A stretch of DNA of 64,000 nucleotides from Eledone cirrhosa (Eukaryota), in the NCBI GenBank assembly GCA_964016885.1, contig OZ024743.1:207080001-207144000 (forward strand). Reading direction: 5' to 3'. Positions within the stretch are counted from its first letter, which is position 1, and each line of letters opens with the position of its first letter. The translations under genes were made by a program, and so were the position numbers. Below the pieces are notes generated by a model. That model made no database searches. It was not told where the DNA came from and was given only the letters and a program-made list of their open reading frames with translations. Of the stretch, positions 41,701-55,300 are shown piece by piece.

Positions 41701-44700
41701 CCATATATACACTGAAAGGAGCTCATCCCATGGTCAGCTCTGAAACTGATCCTTGGTACCATATATACACTGAAGGGAGCTCATCCCACTGGTCAGCTCT
41801 GATACTGATCCTTGGTACCATATATACACTGCTGGGAGCTCATCCCACTGGCCAGCTCTGATACTGATCCTTGGTACCATATATACACTGAAGGGAGCTC
41901 ATCCCACTGGCCAGCTCTGATACTGATCCTTGGTACCATATATACACTGTTGGGAGCTCATCCCACTGGTCAGCTCTGATACTGATCCTTGGTACCATAT
42001 ATACACTACTGGAAGCTCATCCCACTGGTCAGCTCTGATACTGATCCTTGGTAAAATATATACACTGAAGGGAGCACATCCCACTGGCCAGCTCTGATAC
42101 TGATCCTTGGAACCATATATACACAGCTGGGAGCTCATCCCACTGGTCAGCTCTGATACTGATCCTTGTTACCATATATACACTGCAGGGAGCTCATCCC
42201 ACTGGTCAGCTCTGATACTGATCCTTGGTACCATATATACACTGCAGGGAGCTCATCCCACTGGTCAGCTCTGATACTGATCCTTGGTACCTTATATACA
42301 CTACTGGGAGCTCATCCCACTGGTCAGCTCTGATACTGATCCTTGGTACCATATATACACTGCAGGGAGCTCATCCCACTGGTCAGCTCTGATACTGATC
42401 CTTGGTACCATATATACACTGCTGGGAGCTCATCCCACTGGTCAGCTCTGATACTGATCCTTGGTACCATATATACACTGCAGGTAGCTCATCCAACTGG
42501 TCAACTCTGATAGTGATCCTTGGTACCATATATACACTGCAGGGAGCTCATCCCACTGGTCAACTCCGATACTGATCCTTGGTACCATATATACACTGCT
42601 GGGAGCTCATCCCACTGGTCAGCTCTGATACTCATCCTTGGTACCATATATACACTGAAGGGAGCTCATCCCACTGGTCAGCTCTGATACTCATCCTTGG
42701 TACTATATATACACTACTGGGAGCTCATCCCACTGGTCAGCTCTGATACTGATCCTTGGTACCATATATACACTGCAGGGAGCTCATCCCACTGGTCAGC
42801 TCTGATACTCATCCTTGGTACCATATATACACTGAAGGGAGCTCATCCCACTGGTCAACTCTGATACTGATCCTTGGCACCATATATACACTGCTGGGAG
42901 CTCATCCTACTGGTCAGATGTGATACTGATCCTTGGCACCATATATACACTGCTGGGAGCTCATCCTACTGGTCAGCTCTGATACTGATCCTTGGTACCA
43001 TATATACACTGCAGGGAGCTCATCCCACTTGTCAGCTCTGATACTGATCCTTGGTACCATATATACACTGAAGGGAGCTCATCCCACTGGTCAGCTCTGA
43101 TACTGATCCTTGGTACCATATATACACTGCTGGGAGCTCATCCCACTGGTCAGCTCTGATACTGATCCTTGGCACCATATATACACTGAAGGGAGCTCAT
43201 CCCACTGGTCAGCTCTGATACTGATCCTTGGTACCATATATACACTGATGGCAGCTCATCCCACTGGTCAGCTCTGATACTGATCCTTGGCACCATATAT
43301 ACACTGATGGCAGCTCATCCCACTGGTCAGCTCTGATACTGATCCTTGGCACCATATATACACTGCTGGGAGCTCATCCCACTGGTCAGCTCTGATACTG
43401 ATCCTTGGCACCATATATACACTGAAGGGAGCTCATCCCACTGGTCAGCTCTGATACTGATCTTTGGTACCATATATACACTGCTGGGAGCTCATCCCAC
43501 TGGTCAGCTCTGATACTGATCCTTGGTACCCTATATACACTGCTGGGAGCTCATCCCACTGGTCAGCTCTGATACTGATTCTTGGTACCATATATACACT
43601 GCTGGGAGCTCATCCCACTGGTCAGCTCTGATAGTGATCCTTGGTACCATATATACACTGCTGGGAGCTCATCCCACTGGTCAGCTCTGATACTGATTCT
43701 TGGTACCATATATACACTGAAGGGAGCTCATCCCACTGGTCAGCTCTGATACTGATTCTTGGTACCATATATACACTGCTGGGAGCTCATCCCACTGGTC
43801 AGCTCTGATACTGATTCTTGGTACCATATATACACTGAAGGGAGCTCATTCCACTGGTCAGCTCTGATACTGATTCTTGGTACCATATATACACTGCTGG
43901 GAGCTCATCCCACTGGTCAGCTCTGATACTGATTCTTGGTACCATATATACACTGAAGGGAGCTCATCCCACTGGTCAGCTCTGATACTGATTCTTGGTA
44001 CCATATATACACTGCTGGGAGCTCATCCCACTGGTCAGCTCTGATACTGATTCTTGGTACCATATATACACTGAAGGGAGCTCATCCCACTGGTCAGCTC
44101 TGATACTGATCCTTGGTACCATATATACACTGCTGGATCACATCCCACTGGTCAGCTCTGATACTGATCCTTGGCACCATATATACACTGATGGCAGCTC
44201 ATCCCACTGGTCAGCTCTGATACTGATCCTTGGCACCATATATACACTGCTGGGAGCTCATCCCACTGGTCAGCTCTGATACTGATCCTTGGCACCATAT
44301 ATACACTGAAGGGAGCTCATCCCACTGTTCAGCTCTAATACTGATCTTTGGTACCATATATACACTGCTGGGAGCTCATCCCACTGGTCAGCTCTGATAG
44401 TGATCCTTGGTACCATATATACACTGCTGGGAGCTCATCCCAATGGTCAGCTCTGATACTGATCCTTGTTACCATATATACACTGAAGGGAGCTCATCCC
44501 ACTGGTCAGCTCTGATACTGATCCTTGGTACCATATATACACTACTGGGAGCTCATCCCACTGGTCAGCTCTGATACTGATCCTTGGTACCATATATACA
44601 CTGCAGGGAGCTCATCCCACTGGTCAGCTCTGATACTGATCCTTTGTACCATATATACACTGTAGGGAGCTCATCCCACTGTTCAGCTCTGATACTGATC

Positions 44701-47700
44701 CTTGGTACCATATATACACTGCAGGGAGCTCATCCCACTGGTCAACTCTGATACTGATCCTTGGTACCATATATACACTGTTGGGAGCTAATCCCACTGG
44801 TCAGCTCTGATACTGATCCTTGGCACCATATATACACTGCTGGGAGCTCATCCCACTGGTCACATCTGATACTGATTCTTGGTACCATATATACACTGCT
44901 GGGAGCTCATCCCACTGGTCAGCTCTGATACTGATCCTTGGTACCATATATACACTGTTGGGAGCTAATCCCACTGGTCAGCTCTGATACTGATCCTTGG
45001 CACCATATATACACTGCTGGGAGCTCATCCCACTGGTCACCTCTGATACTGATTCTTGGTACCATATATACACTGCTGGGAGCTCATCCCACTGGTCAGC
45101 TCTGATACTGATCCTTGGCACCATATATACACTGATGGCAGCTCATCCCACTGGTCAGCTCTGATACTGATCCTTGGCACCATATATACACTGCTGGGAG
45201 CTCATCCCACTGGTCAGCTCTGATACTGATCCTTGGCACCATATATACACTGAAGGGAGCTCATCCCACTGGTCAGCTCTGATACTGATCTTTGGTACCA
45301 TATATACACTGCTGGGAGCTCATCCCACTGGTCAGCTCTGATACTGATCCTTGGTACCATATATACACTGCTGGGAGCTCATCCCACTGGTCAGCTCTGA
45401 TACTGATTCTTGGTACCATATATACACTGCTGGGAGCTCATCCCACTGGTCAGCTCTGATAGTGATCCTTGGTACCATATATACACTGCTGGGAGCTCAT
45501 CCCACTGGTCAGCTCTGATACTGATCCTTGTTACCATATATACACTGCAGGGAGCTCATCCCACTGGTCAGCTCTGATACTGATCCTTGGTACCATATAT
45601 ACACTGAAAGGAGCTCATCCCACTGGTCAGCTCTGATACTGATCCTTGGTACCATATATACACTACTGGGAGCTCATCCCACTGGTCAGCTCTGATACTG
45701 ATCCTAGGTACCATATATACAATGCAGGGAGCTCATCCCACTGGTCAGCTCTGATACTGATCCTTGGTACCATATATACACTGCTGGGAGCTCATCCCAC
45801 TGGTCAGCTCTGATACTGATCCTTGGTACCATATATACACTGCAGGTAGCTCATCCCACTGGTCAACTCTGATAGTGATCCTTGGTACCATATATACACT
45901 GCTGGGAGCTCATCCCACTGGTCAGCTCTGATACTGATCCTTGGTACCATATATACACTGCAGGGAGCTCATCCCACTGGTCAACTCTGATACTGATCCT
46001 TGGTACCATATATACACTGAAGGGAGCTCATCCCACTGGTCAGCTCTGATACTCATCCTTGGTACCATATATACACTGAAGGGATCTCATCCCACTGGTC
46101 AGCTCTGACAGTGATCCATGGTACCATATATACACTGCAGGGAGCTCATCCCACTGGTCAACTCTGATACTGATCCTTGGTACCATATATACACTGAAGG
46201 GAGCTCATCCCACTGGTCAGCTCTGATACTCATCCTTGGTACCATATATACACTGAAGGGAGCTCATCCCACTGGTCAGCTCTGATACTCATCCTTGCTA
46301 CCATATATACACTACTGGGAGCTCATCCCACTGGTCAGCTCTGATACTGATCCTTGGTACCATATATACACTACTGGGAGCTCATCCTACTGGTCAGCTC
46401 TGATACTGATCCTTGGTACCATATATACACAGCTGGGAGCTAATCCCACTGGTCTGACCTGATACTGATCCTTGGTACCACATATACACTACTGGGAGCT
46501 CATCCCACTGGTCAGCTCTGATACTGATCCTTGGTACCATATACACACTGAAAGGAGTTCATCCCACTGGTCAGCTCTGATACTGATTCTTGGTACCATA
46601 TATACACTGAAGGGAGCTCATCCCACTGGTCAGCTCTGATACTGATCCTTGGGACCATATATACACTGCAGGGAGCTCATCCCACTGGTCAGCTCCTGCA
46701 TACTGATCCTTGGTACCATATATACACTGAAGGGAGCTCATCCCACTGGTCAGCTCCAGCATACTGATCCTTGGTACCATATATACACTGCAGGTAGCTC
46801 ATCTCACTGGTCAACTCTGATAGTGATCCTTGGTACCATATATACACTACTGGGAGCTCATCCCACTGGTCACCTCTGATACTGATCCTTGGTACCATAT
46901 ATACACTGAAGGGAGCTCATCCCATGGTCAGCTCTGAAACTGATCCTTGGTACCATATATACACTGAAGGGAGCTCATCCCATTGGTCAGCTCTGATACT
47001 GATCCTTGGTACCATATATACACTGCAGGGAGCTCATCCCACTGGTCAGCTCCAGCATACTGATCCTTGGTACCATATATACACTGCTGGGAGCTCATCC
47101 CACTGGTCAGCTCTGATACTGATCCTTGGTACCATATATACACTACTGGGAGCTCATCCCACTGGTCAGCTCTGATACTGATCCTTGGTAAAATATATAC
47201 ACTGAAGGGAGTACATCCCACTGGCCAGCTCTGATACTGATCCTTGGTACCATATATACACAGCTGGGAGCTCATCCCACTGGTCAGCTCTGATACTGAT
47301 CCTTGTTACCAGATATACACTGCAGGGAGCTCATCCCACTGGTCAGCTCTGATACTGATCCTTGGTACCATATATACACTGCAGGGAGCTCATCCCACTG
47401 GTCAGCTCTGATACTGATCCTTGGTACCTTATATACACTACTGGGAGCTCATCCCACTGGTCAGCTCTGATACTGATCCTTGGTACCATATATACACTGC
47501 AGGGAGCTCATCCCACTGGTCAGCTCCAGCATACTGATCCTTGGTACCAGATAAACACTGAAGGGAGCTCATCCCACTGGTCAGCTCTGATACTGATCCT
47601 TGGTACCATATATACACTGAAGGGAGCTCATCCCACTGGTCAGCTCTGATACTGATCCTTGGTACCATATATACACTGCTGGGAGCTCATCCCATTGGTC

Positions 47701-50700
47701 AGCTCTGATACTGATCCTTGGTACCATATATACACTGCAGGGAGCTCATCCCACTGGTCAGCTCCAGCATACTGATCCTTGGTACCAGATAAACACTGAA
47801 GGGAGCTCATCCCACTGGTCAGCTCTGATACTGATCCTTGGTACCATATATACACTGAAGGGAGCTCATCCCACTGGTCAGCTCTGATACTGATCCTTGG
47901 CACCATATATACACTGTTGGGAGCTCATCCCACTGGTCAGCTCTGATACTGATCCTTGGCACCATATATACACTGCTGGGAGCTCATCCCACTGGTCACC
48001 TCTGATACTTATTCTTGGTACCATATATACACTGCTGGGAGCTCATCCCACTGGTCAGCTCTGATACTGATCCTTGGCACCATATATACACTGATGGCAG
48101 CTCATCCCACTGGTCAGCTCTGATACTGATCCTTGGCACCATATATACACTGCTGGGAGCTCATCCCACTGTTCAGCTCTGATACTGATCCTTGGCACCA
48201 TATATACACTGAAGGGAGCTCATCCCACTGTTCAGCTCTAATACTGATCTTTGGTACCATATATACACTGCTGGGAGCTCATCCCACTGGTCAGCTCTGA
48301 TAGTGATCCTTGGTACCATATATACACTGCTGGGAGCTCATCCCAATGGTCAGCTCTGATACTGATCCTTGTTACCATATATACACTGAAGGGAGCTCAT
48401 CCCACTGGTCAGCTCTGATACTGATCCTTGGTACCATATATACACTACTGGGAGCTCATCCCACTGGTCAGCTCTGATACTGATCCTTGGTACCATATAT
48501 ACACTGCAGGGAGCTCATCCCACTGGTCAGCTCTGATACTGATCCTTTGTACCATATATACACTGTAGGGAGCTCATCCCACTGTTCAGCTCTGATACTG
48601 ATCCTTGGTACCATATATACACTGCAGGGAGCTCATCCCACTGGTCAACTCTGATACTGATCCTTGGTACCATATATACACTACTGGGAGATCATCCCAC
48701 TGGTCAGCTCTGATACTCGTCCTTGGTACCATATATACACTGAAGGGAGCTCATCCCACTGGTCAGCTCTGATACTCATCCTTGCTACCATATATACACT
48801 ACTGGGAGCTCATCCCACTGGTCAGCTCTGATACTGATCCTTGGTACCATATATACACTGCAGGGAGCTCATCCCACTGGTCAGCTCCTGCTTACTGATC
48901 CTTGGTACCATATATACACTGAAGGGAGCTCATCCCACTGGTCAGCTCCAGCATACTGATCCTTGGTACCATATATACACTGCAGGGAGCTCATCCCATT
49001 GGTCAGCTCCAGCATACTGATCCTTGGTACCAGATAAATACTGAAGGGAGCTCATCCCACTGGTCAGCTCTGATACTGATCCTTGGTACCATATATACAC
49101 TGAAGGGAGCTCATCCCACTGGTCAGCTCAGATACTGATCCTTGGTACCATATATACACTGTTGGGAGCTCATCCCACTGGTCAGCTCTGATACTGATCC
49201 TTGGTACCATATATACACTGAAGGGAGCTCATCCCACTGGTCAGCTCTGATACTGATCCTTGGCACCATATATACACTGTTGGGAGCTCATCCCACTGGT
49301 CAGCTCTGATACTGATCCTTGGTACCATATATACACTGAAAGGAGCTCATCCCATGGTCAGCTCTGAAACTGATCCTTGGTACCATATATACACTGAAGG
49401 GAGCTCATCCCACTGGTCAGCTCTGATACTGATCCTTGGTACCATATATACACTGCTGGGAGCTCATCCCACTGGCCAGCTCTGATACTGATCCTTGGTA
49501 CCATATATACACTGAAGGGAGCTCATCCCACTGGCCAGCTCTGATACTGATCCTTGGTACCATATATACACTGTTGGGAGCTCATCCCACTGGTCAGCTC
49601 TGATACTGATCCTTGGTACCATATATACACTACTGGAAGCTCATCCCACTGGTCAGCTCTGATACTGATCCTTGGTAAAATATATACACTGAAGGGAGCA
49701 CATCCCACTGGCCAGCTCTGATACTGATCCTTGGAACCATATATACACAGCTGGGAGCTCATCCCACTGGTCAGCTCTGATACTGATCCTTGTTACCATA
49801 TATACACTGCAGGGAGCTCATCCCACTGGTCAGCTCTGATACTGATCCTTGGTACCATATATACACTGCAGGGAGCTCATCCCACTGGTCAGCTCTGATA
49901 CTGATCCTTGGTACCTTATATACACTACTGGGAGCTCATCCCACTGGTCAGCTCTGATACTGATCCTTGGTACCATATATACACTGCAGGGAGCTCATCC
50001 CACTGGTCAGCTCTGATACTGATCCTTGGTACCATATATACACTGCTGGGAGCTCATCCCACTGGTCAGCTCTGATACTGATCCTTGGTACCATATATAC
50101 ACTGCAGGTAGCTCATCCAACTGGTCAACTCTGATAGTGATCCTTGGTACCATATATACACTGCAGGGAGCTCATCCCACTGGTCAACTCCGATACTGAT
50201 CCTTGGTACCATATATACACTGCTGGGAGCTCATCCCACTGGTCAGCTCTGATACTCATCCTTGGTACCATATATACACTGAAGGGAGCTCATCCCACTG
50301 GTCAGCTCTGATACTCATCCTTGGTACTATATATACACTACTGGGAGCTCATCCCACTGGTCAGCTCTGATACTGATCCTTGGTACCATATATACACTGC
50401 AGGGAGCTCATCCCACTGGTCAGCTCTGATACTCATCCTTGGTACCATATATACAATGAAGGGAGCTCATCCCACTGGTCAACTCTGATACTGATCCTTG
50501 GCACCATATATACACTGCTGGGAGCTCATCCTACTGGTCAGATGTGATACTGATCCTTGGCACCATATATACACTGCTGGGAGCTCATCCTACTGGTCAG
50601 CTCTGATACTGATCCTTGGTACCATATATACACTGCAGGGAGCTCATCCCACTTGTCAGCTCTGATACTGATCCTTGGTACCATATATACACTGAAGGGA

Positions 50701-52330
50701 GCTCATCCCACTGGTCAGCTCTGATACTGATCCTTGGTACCATATATACACTGCTGGGAGCTCATCCCACTGGTCAGCTCTGATACTGATCCTTGGCACC
50801 ATATATACACTGAAGGGAGCTCATCCCACTGGTCAGCTCTGATACTGATCCTTGGTACCATATATACACTGATGGCAGCTCATCCCACTGGTCAGCTCTG
50901 ATACTGATCCTTGGCACCATATATACACTGCTGGGAGCTCATCCCACTGGTCAGCTCTGATACTGATCCTTGGCACCATATATACACTGAAGGGAGCTCA
51001 TCCCACTGGTCAGCTCTGATACTGATCTTTGGTACCATATATACACTGCTGGGAGCTCATCCCACTGGTCAGCTCTGATACTGATCCTTGGTACCCTATA
51101 TACACTGCTGGGAGCTCATCCCACTGGTCAGCTCTGATACTGATTCTTGGTACCATATATACACTGCTGGGAGCTCATCCCACTGGTCAGCTCTGATAGT
51201 GATCCTTGGTACCATATATACACTGCTGGGAGCTCATCCCACTGGTCAGCTCTGATACTGATTCTTGGTACCATATATACACTGAAGGGAGCTCATCCCA
51301 CTGGTCAGCTCTGATACTGATTCTTGGTACCATATATACACTGCTGGGAGCTCATCCCACTGGTCAGCTCTGATACTGATTCTTGGTACCATATATACAC
51401 TGAAGGGAGCTCATTCCACTGGTCAGCTCTGATACTGATTCTTGGTACCATATATACACTGCTGGGAGCTCATCCCACTGGTCAGCTCTGATATTGATTC
51501 TTGGTACCATATATACACTGAAGGGAGCTCATCCCACTGGTCAGCTCTGATACTGATTCTTGGTACCATATATACACTGCTGGGAGCTCATCCCACTGGT
51601 CAGCTCTGATACTGATTCTTGGTACCATATATACACTGAAGGGAGCTCATCCCACTGGTCAGCTCTGATACTGATCCTTGGTACCATATATACACTGCTG
51701 GATCACATCCCACTGGTCAGCTCTGATACTGATCCTTGGCACCATATATACACTGATGGCAGCTCATCCCACTGGTCAGCTCTGATACTGATCCTTGGCA
51801 CCATATATACACTGCTGGGAGCTCATCCCACTGGTCAGCTCTGATACTGATCCTTGGCACCATATATACACTGAAGGGAGCTCATCCCACTGTTCAGGTC
51901 TAATACTGATCTTTGGTACCATATATACACTGCTGGGAGCTCATCCCACTGGTCAGCTCTGATAGTGATCCTTGGTACCATATATACACTGCTGGGAGCT
52001 CATCCCAATGGTCAGCTCTGATACTGATCCTTGTTACCATATATACACTGAAGGGAGCTCATCCCACTGGTCAGCTCTGATACTGATCCTTGGTACCATA
52101 TATACACTACTGGGAGCTCATCCCACTGGTCAGCTCTGATACTGATCCTTGGTACCATATATACACTGCAGGGAGCTCATCCCACTGGTCAGCTCTGATA
52201 CTGATCCTTTGTACCATATATACACTGTAGGGAGCTCATCCCACTGTTCAGCTCTGATACTGATCCTTGGTACCATATATACACTGCAGGGAGCTCATCC
52301 CACTGGTCAACTCTGATACTGATCCTTGGT
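35760..52330 (+). repeat. Large tandem duplication with ~9.0-kb offset; the first copy contains a 1474-bp (25-monomer) internal duplication
   Basis: GAGCTAATCC and TCCTAGG...ACAATGC markers at 36721/45702 and pseudo-ORFs 37590/46571 give offset 8981. The offset drifts to 9039 and 9098, then to 7565 beyond the 1474-bp duplication (ATCCCATGG at 40251/41725). Confidence 0.85.
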
Positions 52331-55300
52331 ACCATATATACACTACTGGGAGATCATCCCACTGGTCAGCTCTGATACTCGTCCTTGGTACCATATATAC
52401 ACTGAAGGGAGCTCATCCCACTGGTCAGCTCTGATACTCATCCTTGCTACCATATATACACTACTGGGAGCTCATCCCACTGGTCAGCTCTGATACTGAT
52501 CCTTGGTACCATATATACACTGCAGGGAGCTCATCCCACTGGTCAGCTCCTGCTTACTGATCCTTGGTACCATATATACACTGAAGGGAGCTCATCCCAC
52601 TGGTCAGCTCCAGCATACTGATCCTTGGTACCATATATACACTGCAGGGAGCTCATCCCATTGGTCAGCTCCAGCATACTGATCCTTGGTACCAGATAAA
52701 TACTGAAGGGAGCTCATCCCACTGGTCAGCTCTGATACTGATCCTTGGTACCATATATACACTGAAGGGAGCTCATCCCACTGGTCAGCTCAGATACTGA
52801 TCCTTGGTACCATATATACACTGTTGGGAGCTCATCCCTCTGGTCAGCTCTGATACTGATCCTTGGTACCATATATACACTGAAGGGAGCTCATCCCACT
52901 GGTCAGCTCTGATACTGATCCTTGGCACCATATATACACTGTTGGGAGCTCATCCCACTGGTCAGCTCTGATACTGATCCTTGGTACCATATATACACTG
53001 AAAGGAGCTCATCCCATGGTCAGCTCTGAAACTGATCCTTGGTACCATATATACACTGAAGGGAGCTCATCCCACTGGTCAGCTCTGATACTGATCCTTG
53101 GTACCATATATACACTGCTGGGAGCTCATCCCACTGGCCAGCTCTGATACTGATCCTTGGTACCATATATACACTGAAGGGAGCTCATCCCACTGGCCAG
53201 CTCTGATACTGATCCTTGGTACCATATATACACTGAAGGGAGCTCATCCCACTGGTCAGCTCTGATACTGATCCTTGGTACCATATATACACTACTGGAA
53301 GCTCATCCCACTGGTCAGCTCTGATACTGATCCTTGGTAAAATATATACACTGAAGGGAGCACATCCCACTGGCCAGCTCTGATACTGATCCTTGGTACC
53401 ATATATACACAGCTGGGAGCTCATCCCACTGGTCAGCTCTGATACTGATCCTTGTTACCATATATACACTGCAGGGAGCTCATCCCACTGGTCAGCTCAG
53501 ATACTGATCCTTGGTACCATATATACACTGCAGGGAGCTCATCCCACTGGTCAGCTCTGATACTGATCCTTGGTACCTTATATACACTACTGGGAGCTCA
53601 TCCCACTGGTCAGCTCTGATACTGATCCTTGGTACCATATATACACTGCAGGGAGCTCATCCCACTGGTCAACTCCGATACTGATCCTTGGTACCATATA
53701 TACACTGCTGGGAGCTCATCCCACTGGTCAGCTCTGATACTCATCCTTGGTACCATATATACACTGAAGGGAGCTCATCCCACTGGTCAGCTCTGATACT
53801 CATCCTTGGTACTATATATACACTACTGGGAGCTCATCCCACTGGTCAGCTCTGATACTGATCCTTGGTACCATATATACACTGCAGGGAGCTCATCCCA
53901 CTGGTCAGCTCTGATACTCATCCTTGGTACCATATATACACTGAAGGGAGCTCATCCCACTGGTCAACTCTGATACTGATCCTTGGCAACATATATACAC
54001 TGCTGGGAGCTCATCCTACTGGTCAGATGTGATACTGATCCTTGGCACCATATATACACTGCTGGGAGCTCATCCTACTGGTCAGCTCTGATACTGATCC
54101 TTGGTACCATATATACACTGCAGGGAGCTCATCCCACTTGTCAGCTCTGATACTGATCCTTGGTACCATATATACACTGAAGGGAGCTCATCCCACTGGT
54201 CAGCTCTGATACTGATCCTTGGTACCATATATACACTGCTGGGAGCTCATCCCACTGGTCAGCTCTGATACTGATCCTTGGCACCATATATACACTGAAG
54301 GGAGCTCATCCCACTGGTCAGCTCTGATACTGATCCTTGGTACCATATATACACTGATGGCAGCTCATCCCACTGGTCAGCTCTGATACTGATCCTTGGC
54401 ACCATATATACACTGATGGCAGCTCATCCCACTGGTCATCTCTGATACTGATCCTTGGCACCATATATACACTGCTGGGAGCTCATCCCACTGGTCAGCT
54501 CTGATACTGATTCTTGGTACCATATATACACTGAAGGGAGCTCATTCCACTGGTCAGCTCTGATACTGATTCTTGGTACCATATATACACTGCTGGGAGC
54601 TCATCCCACTGGTCAGCTCTGATATTGATTCTTGGTACCATATATACACTGAAGGGAGCTCATCCCACTGGTCAGCTCTGATACTGATTCTTGGTACCAT
54701 ATATACACTGCTGGGAGCTCATCCCACTGGTCAGCTCTGATACTGATTCTTGGTACCATATATACACTGAAGGGAGCTCATCCCACTGGTCAGCTCTGAT
54801 ACTGATCCTTGGTACCATATATACACTGCTGGATCACATCCCACTGGTCAGCTCTGATACTGATCCTTGGCACCATATATACACTGATGGCAGCTCATCC
54901 CACTGGTCAGCTCTGATACTGATCCTTGGCACCATATATACACTGCTGGGAGCTCATCCCACTGGTCAGCTCTGATACTGATCCTTGGCACCATATATAC
55001 ACTGAAGGGAGCTCATCCCACTGTTCAGGTCTAATACTGATCTTTGGTACCATATATACACTGCTGGGAGCTCATCCCACTGGTCAGCTCTGATAGTGAT
55101 CCTTGGTACCATATATACACTGCTGGGAGCTCATCCCAATGGTCAGCTCTGATACTGATCCTTGTTACCATATATACACTGAAGGGAGCTCATCCCACTG
55201 GTCAGCTCTGATACTGATCCTTGGTACCATATATACACTACTGGGAGCTCATCCCACTGGTCAGCTCTGATACTGATCCTTGGTACCATATATACACTGC

